Of a DNA stretch of 64,000 nt, positions 39,270 through 52,311 are shown piece after piece (the stretch's first letter is position 1; every line of letters starts with the position of its first letter). Below the pieces are notes generated by a model that did no database searches, was not told the DNA's origin, and worked only from the letters and a program-made list of their open reading frames with translations. Location of the stretch: the NCBI GenBank assembly GCA_030141605.1, contig JAQGDQ010000717.1, positions 42,401 through 106,400 of the forward strand. Direction: 5' to 3'. The position numbers were made by a program, and so were the translations under genes. The stretch is from Tubiluchus corallicola (Eukaryota > Animalia > Priapulida).

Positions 39270-41261
39270 GACTTTACATATATGCCTATCAAGAATTCTT
39301 CTGTCATATTGTGATGTAATATGCATTGTGAGCTTAAAGATAGAGATAGACTGAAAGTAATAAAATTTAGGACCTATTAGTAGTGATTTTAAAAAATAAA
39401 AAAATTTAAAAATTGGCAAACTCTTGATTTAGCAGACACGATCCGTCATCCTAATCATTGTCGCAGATATCTCGCATATTGTCGCAGATGCGAGCATTTA
39501 ATTTACAGTTTATTATTAATTTTGATTTGCAGTTTTAAACTTTAGTTTTTCATTACCACTAAGTCAGTGCTGACATCTGTTTGTACACTTTGAAGTTTTC
39601 AATATATGTATGTACTTGCTACTGCTATATGTTTGTATGTAACGGGGTTACTGGGCTTCTCTTTGAATGTAGTAGTTTTTCATGCTTGGTAGCAAGATTT
39701 GAGGACAGGCAATACGCTTAAGCAGTTGTGTGGTTATAATAACGTTTTGACTCAGGTGCCATGGTATATTGGCTGATGGATTTAATCTAACTTTTGTTTA
39801 CTGCTGTTGATTATGTTTACCATTTTCGTGTAAATGTGGATTGACTATGAGACTATGATTTTGAGTAAAATACAGATTGCAATGTTAAACCATGTTTTCA
39901 TCCAGTGATTTCATCTGTTTAACACGAACATCGCAACTTCAAATACAGTCTGATAAACATACCAATATCGGTTGTTGGCTCTACCCAAACCACCCCAGCG
40001 ACAACTTTAACGTCACGACAATCATTGAGTTAGCATTGAATAGACCTAAATCGGCCTGTTCTTGTTAATGGACGATCTGATCATATACTAGAAGTACTTA
40101 GAATGAACTGGTCTAATCTTTCTAAATGACTAATAACGAAAGGAATATCTATGTTCTATTTAGGAACGCAAAAAACTCGTAAACAAGAAAACGTTATCAT
40201 TTGTAATCTGTGACGGGTGTTTTGAACCTCATGTAGCCTGTACTGATACTCAACCAGAAACGTACAGAGAAAGGTTTAATGTAAGAAATAAAGATTCTAG
40301 TGGACAGAACAGTAACGTTTAACTCTTAAAGAGTCAAGTATTAGACCTAACCGAGCAAGAAGAAAATCAGCGAAAAGTGCAATAAATACTAAATTTGCTT
40401 TTGGAAAATGAGCATTGGGGAGATCTGACCAGAAATTATTACTAGAATTAAACAGGCCAGACAGAGAATTAGAGAAAATTAATGGCTACGTAAAGATACT
40501 ATCTTATAGTAATCCTTGTGCTTCACACAGCTCGGCAATGAAAGACAATTTGGGGAAAATCAATCTCTCTAGTTAGTACAAAAACAGATGGCTGCGAACT
40601 AATTTCCTGTAAAACTGTTAGTCCTGTTTCAGCCCGGATATCCGCTATAATCCAGAGTGCACGGTACTTGCAGAGAATGTGAAATAGGGAATAGGAAAAT
40701 AGAGGATAACAAACAAGGAAATAGTTAAAAAGAGAATGACTAACAGGAAACACCTAAGTGAGCTATTTCCTAGACTTTGATTCGATACAGCTGTTAAGAC
40801 ATCTACAAGAAAAATTCATGTGCAACTTAGGATTAAGGGAGAAGCTGATAATATTGCGGATGGTTGTAGAGAAGCACTGGATAACTTTGTAGATAGTAAA
40901 CCTTACTGGTGAAGAGAAAATAAGGCCTGCAGTTTAACATGAAGCCTGGAATTTGAAGAAACGGAAGAGATATTAGTACAATGCTACACATAAATGAAAA
41001 AATTAAGTGTAGAAAAAATATCAATTAGTTAAAATGGTTGTGTGCTAGAATAGGTCACGTGTTAAAATTTCTTACATGCTACACAGAAAATTACTGTTAC
41101 TGGCGATTTTCTCATCATTTAAGATAGTGACTCTCTGGTCTGAAATTTCAAGAATTTGAACATATTTTTTATTTTCTAGAAATCACAAAACTCCTAATTT
41201 CGTTGGATGTGAGAGCTCCGTCATGAACAATACTTGTAAATAACATGCTTAATATTTTCAG

Positions 41262-41388
41262 AATACATGCAAGGCTTGCCACAGAATCCCACACTATAAT
41301 CGATGGCTAAGGTCGACAGTATCATCTGATCTGAGGGTATTTTATATTACTAAATGGATACCACTCGTCTGGGAACCCGTGTACATAG
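41262..41388 (+). CDS. GT49 glycosyltransferase, coding exon 2 (absent from the ORF track)
   Basis: Acceptor TTTTCAG ends at 41261; reads NTCKACHRIPHYNRW...WEPVYI(G) in frame; donor GT at 41389, phase 1. Confidence 0.92.
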
Positions 41389-41979
41389 GTAAAATGTATT
41401 TATTAAAAATCAGTTTAAATGTGATTATTGATTTAATTTTCCCTAACTGGTCACGCTGTGATGAAATTTTACAATGTTTCAATAAACTGGGGCTTATGAC
41501 TTCCTTCTAAATTTTGCAGAATTTAGAAGAAAATTACGTTTAGGAGATAGCAAATTTAAGGGTAAAAAGCACAATTAATCTAACCTAAGTCCAATATTAT
41601 TACGTTATACATATTGCATTAGTGCAACAACGAATAAAAATAAACACGTCATGTTTTTCTAACTAAGAGAAGGCCGGTGAATTTTCAGCCTGCCTTTATT
41701 TTATTTCATTTTTTTATTTCACGTTGTTTCTGTAACTTAACAATTACCAATAGAACGATGAACACATTCTATTTAAAAATCACTATTTAAAACTATAAGA
41801 CAAATAAAATAAATATTTACATAAAGAACAGAGATTTAGAAAGCTAAATATTTAGTTAGCTAGTTAGTTAGTAATTTGTTAGTTAGATAGTAAGTGTATA
41901 TTCCCAAAAGACAAACGTTTTCGAAGTTAAAATGACATGAGTATTAAGAAAATATATAAGACAGTGTGTGACTTCATTA

Positions 41980-43788
41980 TTTGTATCTCGCGGGAAATGC
42001 CATGGAGCTGCACCTACGCCTCTCTCGGTGAAAAAATTGAACTAGAGCATATCTGTTGATGACGTATCAGAATGTACGCGCAGCTTGTTGTGATTCTGTG
42101 GTGCACAACTGGGCTGAAAATAAAGCTGTTATTACTACTCTACAGTATTTGACCTTGGGAGGGATAGGTAGTCAGCTGATAGAAACGATTGTCGTTGCAC
42201 GTGTTTTCACGTGTTTTCATATATTTTCAATTCTATATATTTTACTTCCGTCGAAAGTTATGGGTCCATTATAGTATATTCTAATAGATTTGTAAACAAC
42301 ATTGCGCAAAGTTAGACTGGCCTACAGCATATTGTGAAAATTCTTGTGGCATTAATTAAAAACATCGTCAGTAATACAAGCTGCAAAAGTGTGGGCCTTG
42401 GTAAGTTACAAAAGTTCTTTTCTTGTAAAACAAGTCCGCTAAAGTAACTTCATTCTGCTAGAAGAATTAATGAATTTGTAAACACAGAGAAACTCACTGA
42501 AGCATAATTATAATACCAGTGTGGCAATTTTTAGCGACAGCTTCATTTTATCAGCCTTGCGATATGTGAACCATGGACACTCATGGATACAGAGACTCTA
42601 ACATATTAGCTGTAAAATTAGTGAATAAACATATATGAAAATTTTTAACTTTGTCGTGTTTCAGACAGTTAAATTAGTACGACTTTGATATCAACCAGAA
42701 CTGTTATTCGTTAGCTTTCATTTTTACATAATAATAAAATATTGTGTTCATTTTTACACTGGACTGAAATAAAAATTAATGATAATAATACATTTATTGT
42801 TAACATATTATTATCCACTTTTATAAAATAAAAAACTAACAATATAATGTGGTTCAGTGACATAATAATTATATAATGTGTTGTTTCAGGCAAGGTTATA
42901 CTGACACTCATTCTGTTACAAAGCTTTAAAAAAGTACATATAGTACAAAATAATCTATTACATACTCTTTGTGCTACACAATTTAGCAAATATACTGAAG
43001 TCATTGTTTATGGTGTAAGGATTAACAATTTGCAGTTATCAAATTACGATTTGCGAAGTTTTTTCTTTAGTAAATATTCGAAATTCAAGAAGAAGCATCA
43101 TAAATACAATTTTAGCGCTAAAAATTGCATTACGTCACGTCATTGTGATATTTTTATTGAAATGGATACAAATCTCGAGATGACTAAACTGCGTCGATAA
43201 ACTATGCACTTGGGCTAAAAACGAAAGTTGAAAAAGACACTGCCAAAAACTGCATCTGTCTAAATCTGTCCGATGTGTAAGCACAATATTTTTAAAACTA
43301 GAGTTCATCATGTTCTAAACTCACGTTTTAAAGCAAACAGCCGAGAAATTATCACACAGGTTGTAGGAGTGAATCCAGGTTTTTAGATTGATTCGTTGCT
43401 TCAGTAATTTTCTGTTGCTCATTCGTCTGACTGCTGCATCCCGTCTAATTGCTGAATCCTAGTGTAACACATTCCATGGCTGTTTTTCAATTAGAAGAGT
43501 CACGATGACCGAAACCTGGGAAATCGCACAGTGTTGTGGGTATTCGTTCTCCCATTGTGCGTTTTGCCAAGTTTCATCTGTAGTACGGCTATTTCCCCAG
43601 CAGAGGCGCGGTCGCAGGTCCTTGAGTAATGGCGGCCTAGTCAAATGCTCGTTTTGCGTACAATTTTATTAGAACTTTTGCCAAGGATTGTTAAACAAGA
43701 AATTGTTGTGAAGAATGACGTACGTATTTGTATTCGCAATATAATCGCGAGTTATTTAAGCTCAACTTAATTTTGGTGATATTCCCTC
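41980..43788 (-). mobile_element. Intronic Kolobok-like element remnant with a possible decayed THAP domain
   Basis: 41980-42545 resembles 5630-6030; terminus TGATATTCCCTC plus TTAA at 43789; minus-strand PQHCAI (~43530) and PGFTPTTCVII (~43360) resemble THAP; continuity of the middle part is unproven. Confidence 0.45.
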
Positions 43789-45380
43789 TTAAACGCATTA
43801 CGGTAAGATTGTTGGAGTTCATTTATAAACACATCTTTACTAAAGTTGTTCTGAGATGGAAAATGACAACGCAGTCACAAAAAACAATCATTTAAAGAAA
43901 TTTCAAACCATAAAATGCATAAACATTTATATATTAGGAGATCATCAAGTTGTCTGACTTTGATAGAATAGGCAAAGCAAAGCATAAACACTCCCCACCT
44001 AAACCATTTCCATTCCTCCCTAGAATCACATGGAAACCTGTCATGAATATTTGATTGCTTGAAACAGCTGGACTGTTATCATCGTTATTGTCGGAGATCA
44101 TTAATTTTAATTCTTTTGGTTTAAGGTTTTCACTATTATCATCAATAAAAACGATGCAATACAATAACAACACAAGGTCCTGCGTGTGTGGATGTACATC
44201 CATTGATAAATTTATAATTAAGGCAATTACTGTTCTTGTGAAACATTTACAATACAATAATATGAGAAAGGGGTGGATCAGTAATAACTAAATCGTGAGT
44301 TGCACAAAATATTTTGTGACATTTTACAAATATTAGTGTTCAGCAAACCTGTAGTTATGTTACCGTCAAATATACTGGCATATTAAAATATGTAAGTTAC
44401 AACATTAATTAATATTAACAACCAAGTCAGGACCAATTCGGCCAATTTGGATCACCACTTTTCACCACATTATGATCACAAGAGCTATGGACTCGCAGGT
44501 TTCTATGTCCAAGAATTTTGTCTCTCAGTTTCATCAATGACCACGTATTCTTTCCACACTACTAAACGAATCGCCATCACGCATGATGGGATCCCGTGTC
44601 GTGGTTGATATTGAAGGCTGAACTGTTTGAAACGTTATTGCTGCAATTCAACTTTATTATTGCAACAGAGCAGTTATCAATCTGTTCAAGTTTTCAGCTG
44701 ATACATGAAGTTGTTTGGCAATTACAAGGACTGCTGAAGTATCACAAGTTTTGTTGCTGCAATGTAGTTTTGTCCAATGTAAGACGTCCGACTCAGAAGA
44801 GGAGGCTGTGTAGCAGATGCATATTTTTACCTATACACCTATAATACTTCCTTCAAGGATTTAAAGTTTGTACAAATTGGCGTACTGACCATAACGTGTC
44901 TCAAGAAAGTTCACTTCATTTTTTGCAAGATTGTTTTAGTCAAATTTGGCTTTCTTTTACTTCCAGAACTTATTTTTTGTAATCTCTCCTACACTAAAGC
45001 CTTCAGCAGCCTAAGCCAAGTGCCAGATATAGGTTGGTCATCACTTGAGCAGTTGGTCAATGCGTTCATAGGTTAATAAATTGTTGATGTTCGGAAGCAC
45101 ATATTGCTATAGAATTTCCTGCTGATCATGTCCACTCTTATATTTCCAACACTATTCCCTTTTTTCGGTTCCAGGATTACAGGAAAGGGGTTACATAGCT
45201 ATGAGTAACCAAAATTTCCTATTTGTTCTATTTTTACATTGAACTAGTTAAATATTGTTCTAGCCTTAGTGTCTCATTATTAAATTGTACCTGGTCTATT
45301 TGGCTGAAGTTATTTGATTCGATATTTAGTGCTCTTGTTCGTAGTATTTTACTGCAGCTAGTAATTACACTTTTTTGTAG

Positions 45381-45688
45381 GAAGAAATGAAGAACCAATG
45401 CATGACGAAAGATTTCGTGGGAATGGCTACGACAAAATACAGCATTTTGTAGAGATGTGTTTTCAAGACTTTGAGTTTCACGTGCTTGATAATACATTCC
45501 TTGTGCATAAAGGCATCTGGCCAGATAAAATTTCATATAATTTTAAATACAACAAAACAATTAACGAAAACAAACCAATTTTTGATCAATTTATGCAGGA
45601 AATGATTGTGAGTTACAAGTCGACAGGCCACCAAAAACGCTGCACGATACCATCAAACAAGAACAGAAGAGGCCACTTTGTAAATTGA
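45381..45688 (+). CDS. GT49 glycosyltransferase, last coding exon
   Basis: Acceptor TTTTTTGTAG ends at 45380; phase matches; EPMHDERFRGNGYDKIQH...VLDNTFLVHKG; spliced CDS is 1326 nt (441 aa); AATAAA at ~45812. Confidence 0.92.
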
Positions 45689-46559
45689 TCAATATTGATT
45701 TGATGGTGTTAAACGTGAAAGAAGTCGGACAATTCATTAGCTCTCATCAACGTATCTATTTTGTCTAGTTTACTGTTAGTCTTTTGTTGCACCTGGTTGA
45801 GATTACAACCAAATAAAAGAATAAGCTCGTGTCATGTCAAAACAATCGGACTTGAACAGCTAGGCAAACACTGACGTAAATTAAGAAAAATGAAGACCTT
45901 TGAAAAACTACACATCTTATGTTAGTGATATCCGAGTGTGTACTACTTATGCAGTTAAATTGTATGTGATTGGTAAGATATGTTTTTAGTTGTTCCTGTA
46001 GTGCCAAAATGTTCAAGTCTGTTTAATAGTAATTGATACTGTAATGTATCAAATGCCTTTGACGTTGGATTGGCTGGGTTAAGACATGATAATTGACAAG
46101 CAATTTTGCAAAGTTCTCGCGAACTGAGGAAAAAAATTCTAAAAGTGACTGGTTTTTAGCTTTGTATCTGTCACGCTGTTTTCTCCCATGCTAATTTTGG
46201 TTGAAGTAATAACAACTTTCTTTGGTAAAACGTCATTGCAAATAATGTCTGATCAGTGGAGAAATTGTGCATCTTTTGCACAAAAATTTGCAGAGCAGCA
46301 GTTTCTTTCGCGAAATTAAAATTTAAAGTAGACGAAAAATAATTTTATAATTGAAGCAGAATATAGTGACATGGTTTCAAAAAACTTGAAAACATCATTG
46401 ACTTGAGTGTCTATTCACGTCGTTATTGTAAAGGAAAAAACCAGTAAGCCTAGTTCTAAGACCAATGGGCAACAAAAATATTAACTAAAGCCTCTGTTGG
46501 CTAAAACATATGAAAATATCACAGCTGCATTTAACTGATCCTGTAGTCGGCTGCAACCA

Positions 46560-47686
46560 TTTATCCATTACGACTATTCTCCCTGCCATCGAATATGGTA
46601 ACGTAGTATGGCCAGGATGCAGTGAAAACAATATACGTTTGTTAGAAAATATTCAGCTAACTGCTGCTAGAATCTGTTCTGGCGCCATGTTTCGATCTTC
46701 CCTGCAAGTATCTTGTCTGATAGCGGCTTCACTAAAATAGTGACGAGCTTCCATTATCATCGCCTATGTCTTTTTTTCAAAATAATCAATGACTTAGTGC
46801 TCCCCAATATTTAAGTGCAATTCTGCCGCCAATGGTTAACGAAGTTACCCCCTATTATATACGCAGTGGTACTAACTACAGAAATTTTAATTACCGTTCT
46901 GTTAGCTGTGAAAAATCGTTTTTCATATCGACCATTAACATGTGGAACAACTTGCCACAGAACATTCGTGAAATTACATCCATTTCACAATTCAAACAAT
47001 AGCTCAAATCTCATTTAAGTTTTTCCATTGAGTAAGAAACATTTTTCATTTGCTAAACCTCCAATATAAGTGCATCATACGCGCATGAGAATCAGATTTT
47101 CTAGGCTAAACTATGACCTTTTCTCTAAAGGCTGTAAAGATAATAACGGTCATCCAATATTGCCGAATTGTAACTGTGGATTTCGATTTGAGTCTTTTGA
47201 ACACTTTTTGTTGCACTGCCCATTGTATCAACTAGGTAAGGTAGTTATGTTTTTTAAATTAAATGCAATACTTCTGCCCGAAAACCTTAACATAGCTGCC
47301 TTAGGAAATAATGATCTGTTGAAGTTGTTATTAAGAGTTATTAAAAGATGAATTTAACTACGTTGCTAACTGTAAAATATTCCCACGTATACATGACTTT
47401 ATATGGCGTACTAAACGCTTCCAGTTGTTTCTATCTGATATAAAATGCATCATTCTTAAATAATCGTACATTAATATTTTCTAACCGTCATTTTCTACTA
47501 ATGTCTAATGTATCACTGTAGTAAAAATTTTGCATACCAAAGTATACTAAAAACTAAGTATAGTCTATTCTTACTGTAAATGTTCTTGTAAATGGTGTAT
47601 AAAGTCTGTTGTGGTGAGGATACTAAATCATGTTGTACAAACTGTCCGATCCAATCCTAAATAAATTATGTTTAAACTAAACTAAC
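46560..47686 (+). mobile_element. 5'-truncated LINE 3' end (CR1/L2/Crack-like)
   Basis: ILPAIEYGNVVW...LENIQLTAARICSGA; CNCGFRFESFEHFLLHCPLY zinc finger; ends AATAAA plus (AAACT)n at ~47661-47686. Confidence 0.85.
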
Positions 47687-48189
47687 CATTTATCCACTTT
47701 TTGCATCTTTTCAACCATTTATTGGGCCAAGGAAATGGCAGAAAGTTTACTGGTTTTTTATGCATCTTTGTATTGTGTGAAAGACAACACAACTAACAAG
47801 AATGAGTTTATAACACAGCAAGTAACTGCTTAGCATGTTATAATGTTAAATCTGCATGTTTAGCAGATTTAAAATAGCAGAAATTTTTCACATCCGCATA
47901 TCTCTTTAGCGGGTACAGACTGCTAAGAAAGAAAAATTATAGCAAAATTATCAGCTTGAACAGTAAACACTTTAGAACAGTTCGCCATTAGCATTTCGCG
48001 CTCTGCGCTAAGCGGCGCACGTGGAAAACAAGAAACGGAAGCAAACTAAAACGGAACAAACGAAACAAGAAGTGACGACTTTTAACGTCAACCTATCCAC
48101 TTTTGCCCGATGAATCCAGTGGACGTTTATCAGTCCTTGATAGAAAATGACACGTCAATCTTGCCAAAGAGCTGGTGGCACTACAATGC

Positions 48190-48570
48190 GACAGCTACGA
48201 GCACGTTTTAGCTCACTGCCAGAACAAGCATCTGGCTCACGAGGCGAAGGTTCTGTGGGTGCTTGAAATCAAACTCAACATGAGATGACGGTACATCTTT
48301 TACAGTATGCACATTCCAATTGGTAGAGGACAGACAAGGGTTTATGGTTTAGACGACCTTTGACCTGAATCGAAGCAGCATGTACATGACCATCATTGCC
48401 ACGAATCAGCTCCTTAATAATAACAAGTGGCCATCGACGATGAGGCAAAAGTTTCTCCTGGGCCACTACTGTGTCACCTGGAAAGACAACTTACTGAACT
48501 GAAGACCTCCAATTACGAAGTGTCTTGAGGCATTTGGAACTCCAGTGGTTCCAATGATCCATGATTCTCA
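48190..48570 (-). mobile_element. BEL/Pao LTR retrotransposon pol C-terminal (DUF5641-like) remnant
   Basis: PGDTVVAQEKLLPHRRWPLVIIKELIRGNDGHVHAASI...KPLSVLYQLE. Confidence 0.8.
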
Positions 48571-48914
48571 CTAACTTATAAATATCAACGGCTGACCAGC
48601 CAAACCTGCCTGTATTAGGATGTTATAGATTGCCAGTATGAAATCTGATTTATTATTTGCATCATCTTCAGAGATGCCACTTGACTTATTCTGAAACATT
48701 CGTAAAATAAAATAAAAATTATAACAGTAAAAAAATAGTGTATAATAAATATGCATTCATATGTGACGTGTGACGTGTATATACAATACATATATATTCC
48801 TATAAGTTATAACTTCAAGTTCTTATTGAATTACTCTACTACTGTTTGACTAGCAAAACCCGCAAAAAAATTGCGCGTAAACCCACCATGACAAACCATG
48901 CCTGCAGATTCTTT

Positions 48915-49240
48915 GGTGCAGTGGGTGGTGTGCTGAGGCTGTGCTGTGGATGCTGTTTTGAAATGTTAGGGTGTGTGAATGTAGTGTTGATATAGTGGTG
49001 TGTTGGGTGTGGTGTAGTGTGGTCTGGGTGATGTAGTGTGATATTGATGGTGTGATGTGAGTAATGTGGTGTGGGTGGATTTGGCGTGGTATGGTGAGGA
49101 TGGTGTAGTGTGGTGTTGTGGTATGGTGTGTATGGTGTGATGTGTTGTGGTATGATGTGGGTGTTGTGTTGTGAGTGGTGTGGCTGGTTGGTGGGGTGTG
49201 GTGTGGTGTGGGTGGTGTGGTGTTGGTGGGATGTTGTTTG
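48915..49240. repeat. GT-rich low-complexity tract (GTG/TGG)
   Basis: Direct reading; gives His/Thr/Pro-rich spurious ORFs. Confidence 0.9.
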
Positions 49241-50502
49241 CACAAAATTCTTTTTGCGGTTTTAGGCTGGTCTATAATTATTATTGATGCACCAATGCAT
49301 AATTTGAAGCCTGTGTCTACTCATTCATTCACACGTTCTTGTAAATAGGCTTGTCACTATATTTCCATGTATGAAGACGTATGAAGTAAGACGTATCGAA
49401 AGCTAAACATCTAAATTAAATTAATGTTGAAATCTAACTGCTGTGCGTGTGTGCTTTTGTTACCGCATACCAGATATGTTTTCTGATAATATATCTCATA
49501 TAGATGACAAAATAAACACAATAATGAAAAAGCAGCGTATGTAGCGACACCATGCATTAGAATTGATGGTTATTCTAGCTGACAGCTTGTTCTACAGTTC
49601 CGTTTCCTTAGCATTGGTCCTCAGTTCATCATACAGAGATAAAGATGAAATCTGTTGTTTCGTCCATTACGATCTCAGGAATAGATGCAGTTTTTACTGC
49701 TTATAACACAGCTTCTTCTCCTCATCCTTCACTGATAAGATTTAAGTCATCTGATTATTTTATCGTTGATAATATCCACTCACGTAAGCCGAGTAATGTG
49801 TAATCCACCATTATAACCCTGCATCCTAAATCATCAAGCTACTGTTGTCAGAAAAAACGCTTTTATTGGAACATTTGATTTTTTAAATATTACGCCTAGA
49901 ATAAGTAATAAGTAAAAAACTATATCAACAATTATTTGCATTTAATTGATGAACATACACAATATAACGTATCGATAAATATCAATAAATTCATTGAAAT
50001 GTTATGATCCAACTTTTGACAGGATTGCTAACGATATAAATAAAGAAATATTATACTGTGACTGTTTAATAAGAAGTGAAATTAAGAGTTAGACCCGGAC
50101 GTGGTGACTATGTACCCATACAGTTTTCTGGAAATTAGTGCTAGTGTAATTCTCTTATGCATTACTAATTACATTAATATTATAACAATTAATAGTGATA
50201 GCAGTTTCTTGAATACTTTGAAAGTATTTTATAAATAAAGGATCCTCGACCAGAATAGGGTAATATCGTTTTTTAAATGAAAGCATAGGATACTGTTACC
50301 TGTAAAAAGACTTTGTTGATGTTTATTTGAGCATTTATAGATAACGTAGCATGTTTACGCTTTTAATTATTTTGCATGGAAATTCACTACATGAAGAATA
50401 CTTAACAAAAATTATTGCAAAAACTGACGCATCTAATCTGTGGTTATGTGTATGCAAAAGTTTGCATTTAAACATTTAGAAGTGTTTCAATGTGTGCGTA
50501 AT

Positions 50503-50968
50503 GCGTGATCCGTATTCATTCGAACGTGATCGCTGTCGTCCGAATACGCATCACGCCAATATGCAAATGAGAAACCACCGCTGATTAGGTGAGCGAGTTT
50601 TCAAGTTTGAGATGAAAATTTTCGTTGTTTAGTTTTCTGAGATTCTAGTTAGGCGAGTCTTGGACACCTTAGCACCTATAAACAATAATGTATTTTCTAT
50701 TTTAATTTTTGAGAGACAGAAGAAGCAAGAAGCAAGTATGTGTTGAGCATCTAACTGCTGTTCACTAATGGATGATACCTGCCATATTTTTCTCTCTCCT
50801 GCAAAATGTTGTGCACCCAAAAACTGTGCTTTCTTTAGATGTCTGTTCGTCTAATAGCACAGTAGTAAATTAATGTGCAGCTGTATTTATCACGCTTAAA
50901 TTTCGACAGAGACATGGCTTCCAAAGTTACCGCTTGTAACTTTCACGAATAGCGACCAAAAATGGCGG
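50503..50968 (+). promoter_or_regulatory. Candidate promoter region of the downstream glycosyltransferase
   Basis: CCAAT 50556-50560 abutting octamer ATGCAAAT 50561-50568; YY1-type AAAATGGCGG 50959-50968; motif matches only. Confidence 0.3.
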
Positions 50969-51210
50969 AAAGAGTGCTGAAGGTTTTGTTAATACCCACA
51001 GCGTTTACGGACACATTGAGTTGTACTTGCCAACGCCATGACCGATCTGCTCTTCCACATCTAAGGCCTGTGTTTTTCTAAGTCTAAAAGGAATGGTCAA
51101 TACTTTCTTGTTGCTTTAGTTTACCCGACTATAACGTTCTTGTACCTGTTTAAAGAAATAGAAAATATCAGTTGTCAGTAAGTGTTGTGCGCGTAAGTAA
51201 CGACCAGAAA

Positions 51211-52311
51211 ATGTGCACACGTGTCACTGTCTCGAATTTCACTAAAAGAATAACAAACTCATTGAAAATAATACTGAAGGCGTGTGTCATTTTATCATGT
51301 TCATTATTTGTTTTAACACTTATTAGCGAATCTGCTGAACCATCCGGAAAGATTAAAATTGGGTACAATATTGACTCCCACATACAAGTGGACCCATACT
51401 CTCTAAATATGGTAGATTTTCACTTGACCTTAACAGTTATAGCTTTCAACAGGAGTGATTCAGTTAATAGATTGTTACAGTCTCTTGAAGCAGCTTATTA
51501 TATGGGCGATTCTGTCTCATTAGAAATCTGGATAGATGGCCCGGAAATAGCTGCCCAAAAAACTGTAAAAGTGGTGCAAGGTTTTAATTGGAGCCATGGA
51601 CAGAAGCGATTACACGTGAGAACCAGAAATGTAGGACCTTACACACAATGGTATGATACATGGACTCCTGATCTTCAGGAAACTGGAGAATATGGTCTTA
51701 TTCTAGAAGATGATTGTGAGGTTTCTCCTCATTATTACAAATGGCTCAAGTCAGCAATCTATGTGTATAAAGACTTGAAACATCTAGGCAGCATTACTTT
51801 GTATCGTGGAAGACTTGCAGTAAAACCTGGAGTAGACAGAGATGTTCTCTGCCCAACGTGTACAGATAGTGTATTTCTTTACCCAATGTTCAATACGTGG
51901 GCTTGTTCACCAATGCCAAAAGTGTGGGCGGAGTTTAGGCAATGGTACTTGACAGTAAAACACGATGAAAACTTTATTCCTCTGATTCCTGGTGATGAGA
52001 GTCTCGTGATAAATGGATGGATACGTCACTTTCATCCACTGAAGAAGATGAGTTCGGCTTACTTTCATCATTACTGTGGCAAGCATCAGCTTTATACTAT
52101 ATATCCTAATTTGCCAAATAAACTAAGTTTTGTTTGTAATCACAGAGAACTTGGACTCCATTACGTCAAAGCTTACGGACTTTTGGGTATTTGCACATAT
52201 GGCTTGGTAAAATCGTGGAACAATAGTTACACATATTTTCCCAGACATCCAAAACGACTTCATTGGGATGGTTACCCTGAAGGCAGGTTTTTCAGAGAAT
52301 ATAATTATTAA
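51211..52311 (+). CDS. Intronless type II membrane GT-A-fold (GT2-like) glycosyltransferase, 366 aa
   Basis: First ATG at 51211; hydrophobic anchor ACVILSCSLFVLTLI; TVIAFNRSDSVNRLLQSL, LEIWIDG, WSHGQK, LILEDDCEVSPHYYKWL; uninterrupted frame. Confidence 0.85.
   Translation: MCTRVTVSNFTKRITNSLKIILKACVILSCSLFVLTLISESAEPSGKIKIGYNIDSHIQVDPYSLNMVDFHLTLTVIAFNRSDSVNRLLQSLEAAYYMGDSVSLEIWIDGPEIAAQKTVKVVQGFNWSHGQKRLHVRTRNVGPYTQWYDTWTPDLQETGEYGLILEDDCEVSPHYYKWLKSAIYVYKDLKHLGSITLYRGRLAVKPGVDRDVLCPTCTDSVFLYPMFNTWACSPMPKVWAEFRQWYLTVKHDENFIPLIPGDESLVINGWIRHFHPLKKMSSAYFHHYCGKHQLYTIYPNLPNKLSFVCNHRELGLHYVKAYGLLGICTYGLVKSWNNSYTYFPRHPKRLHWDGYPEGRFFREYNY

Noticed and set aside
38081-39271. 396-aa ORF as a single-exon gene
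   Set aside because: Starts at a non-ATG codon and reads through the donor at 39095 into intron sequence; the true C-terminus is in exons at 41262 and 45381
43934-45200. Coding-looking minus-strand sequence in GT49 intron 2
   Set aside because: Frequent stops and no recognisable motif; cannot be assigned without a search
48839-49245. His/Thr/Pro-rich protein ORFs (also 36062-36493)
   Set aside because: Reverse translation of GT-rich low-complexity DNA
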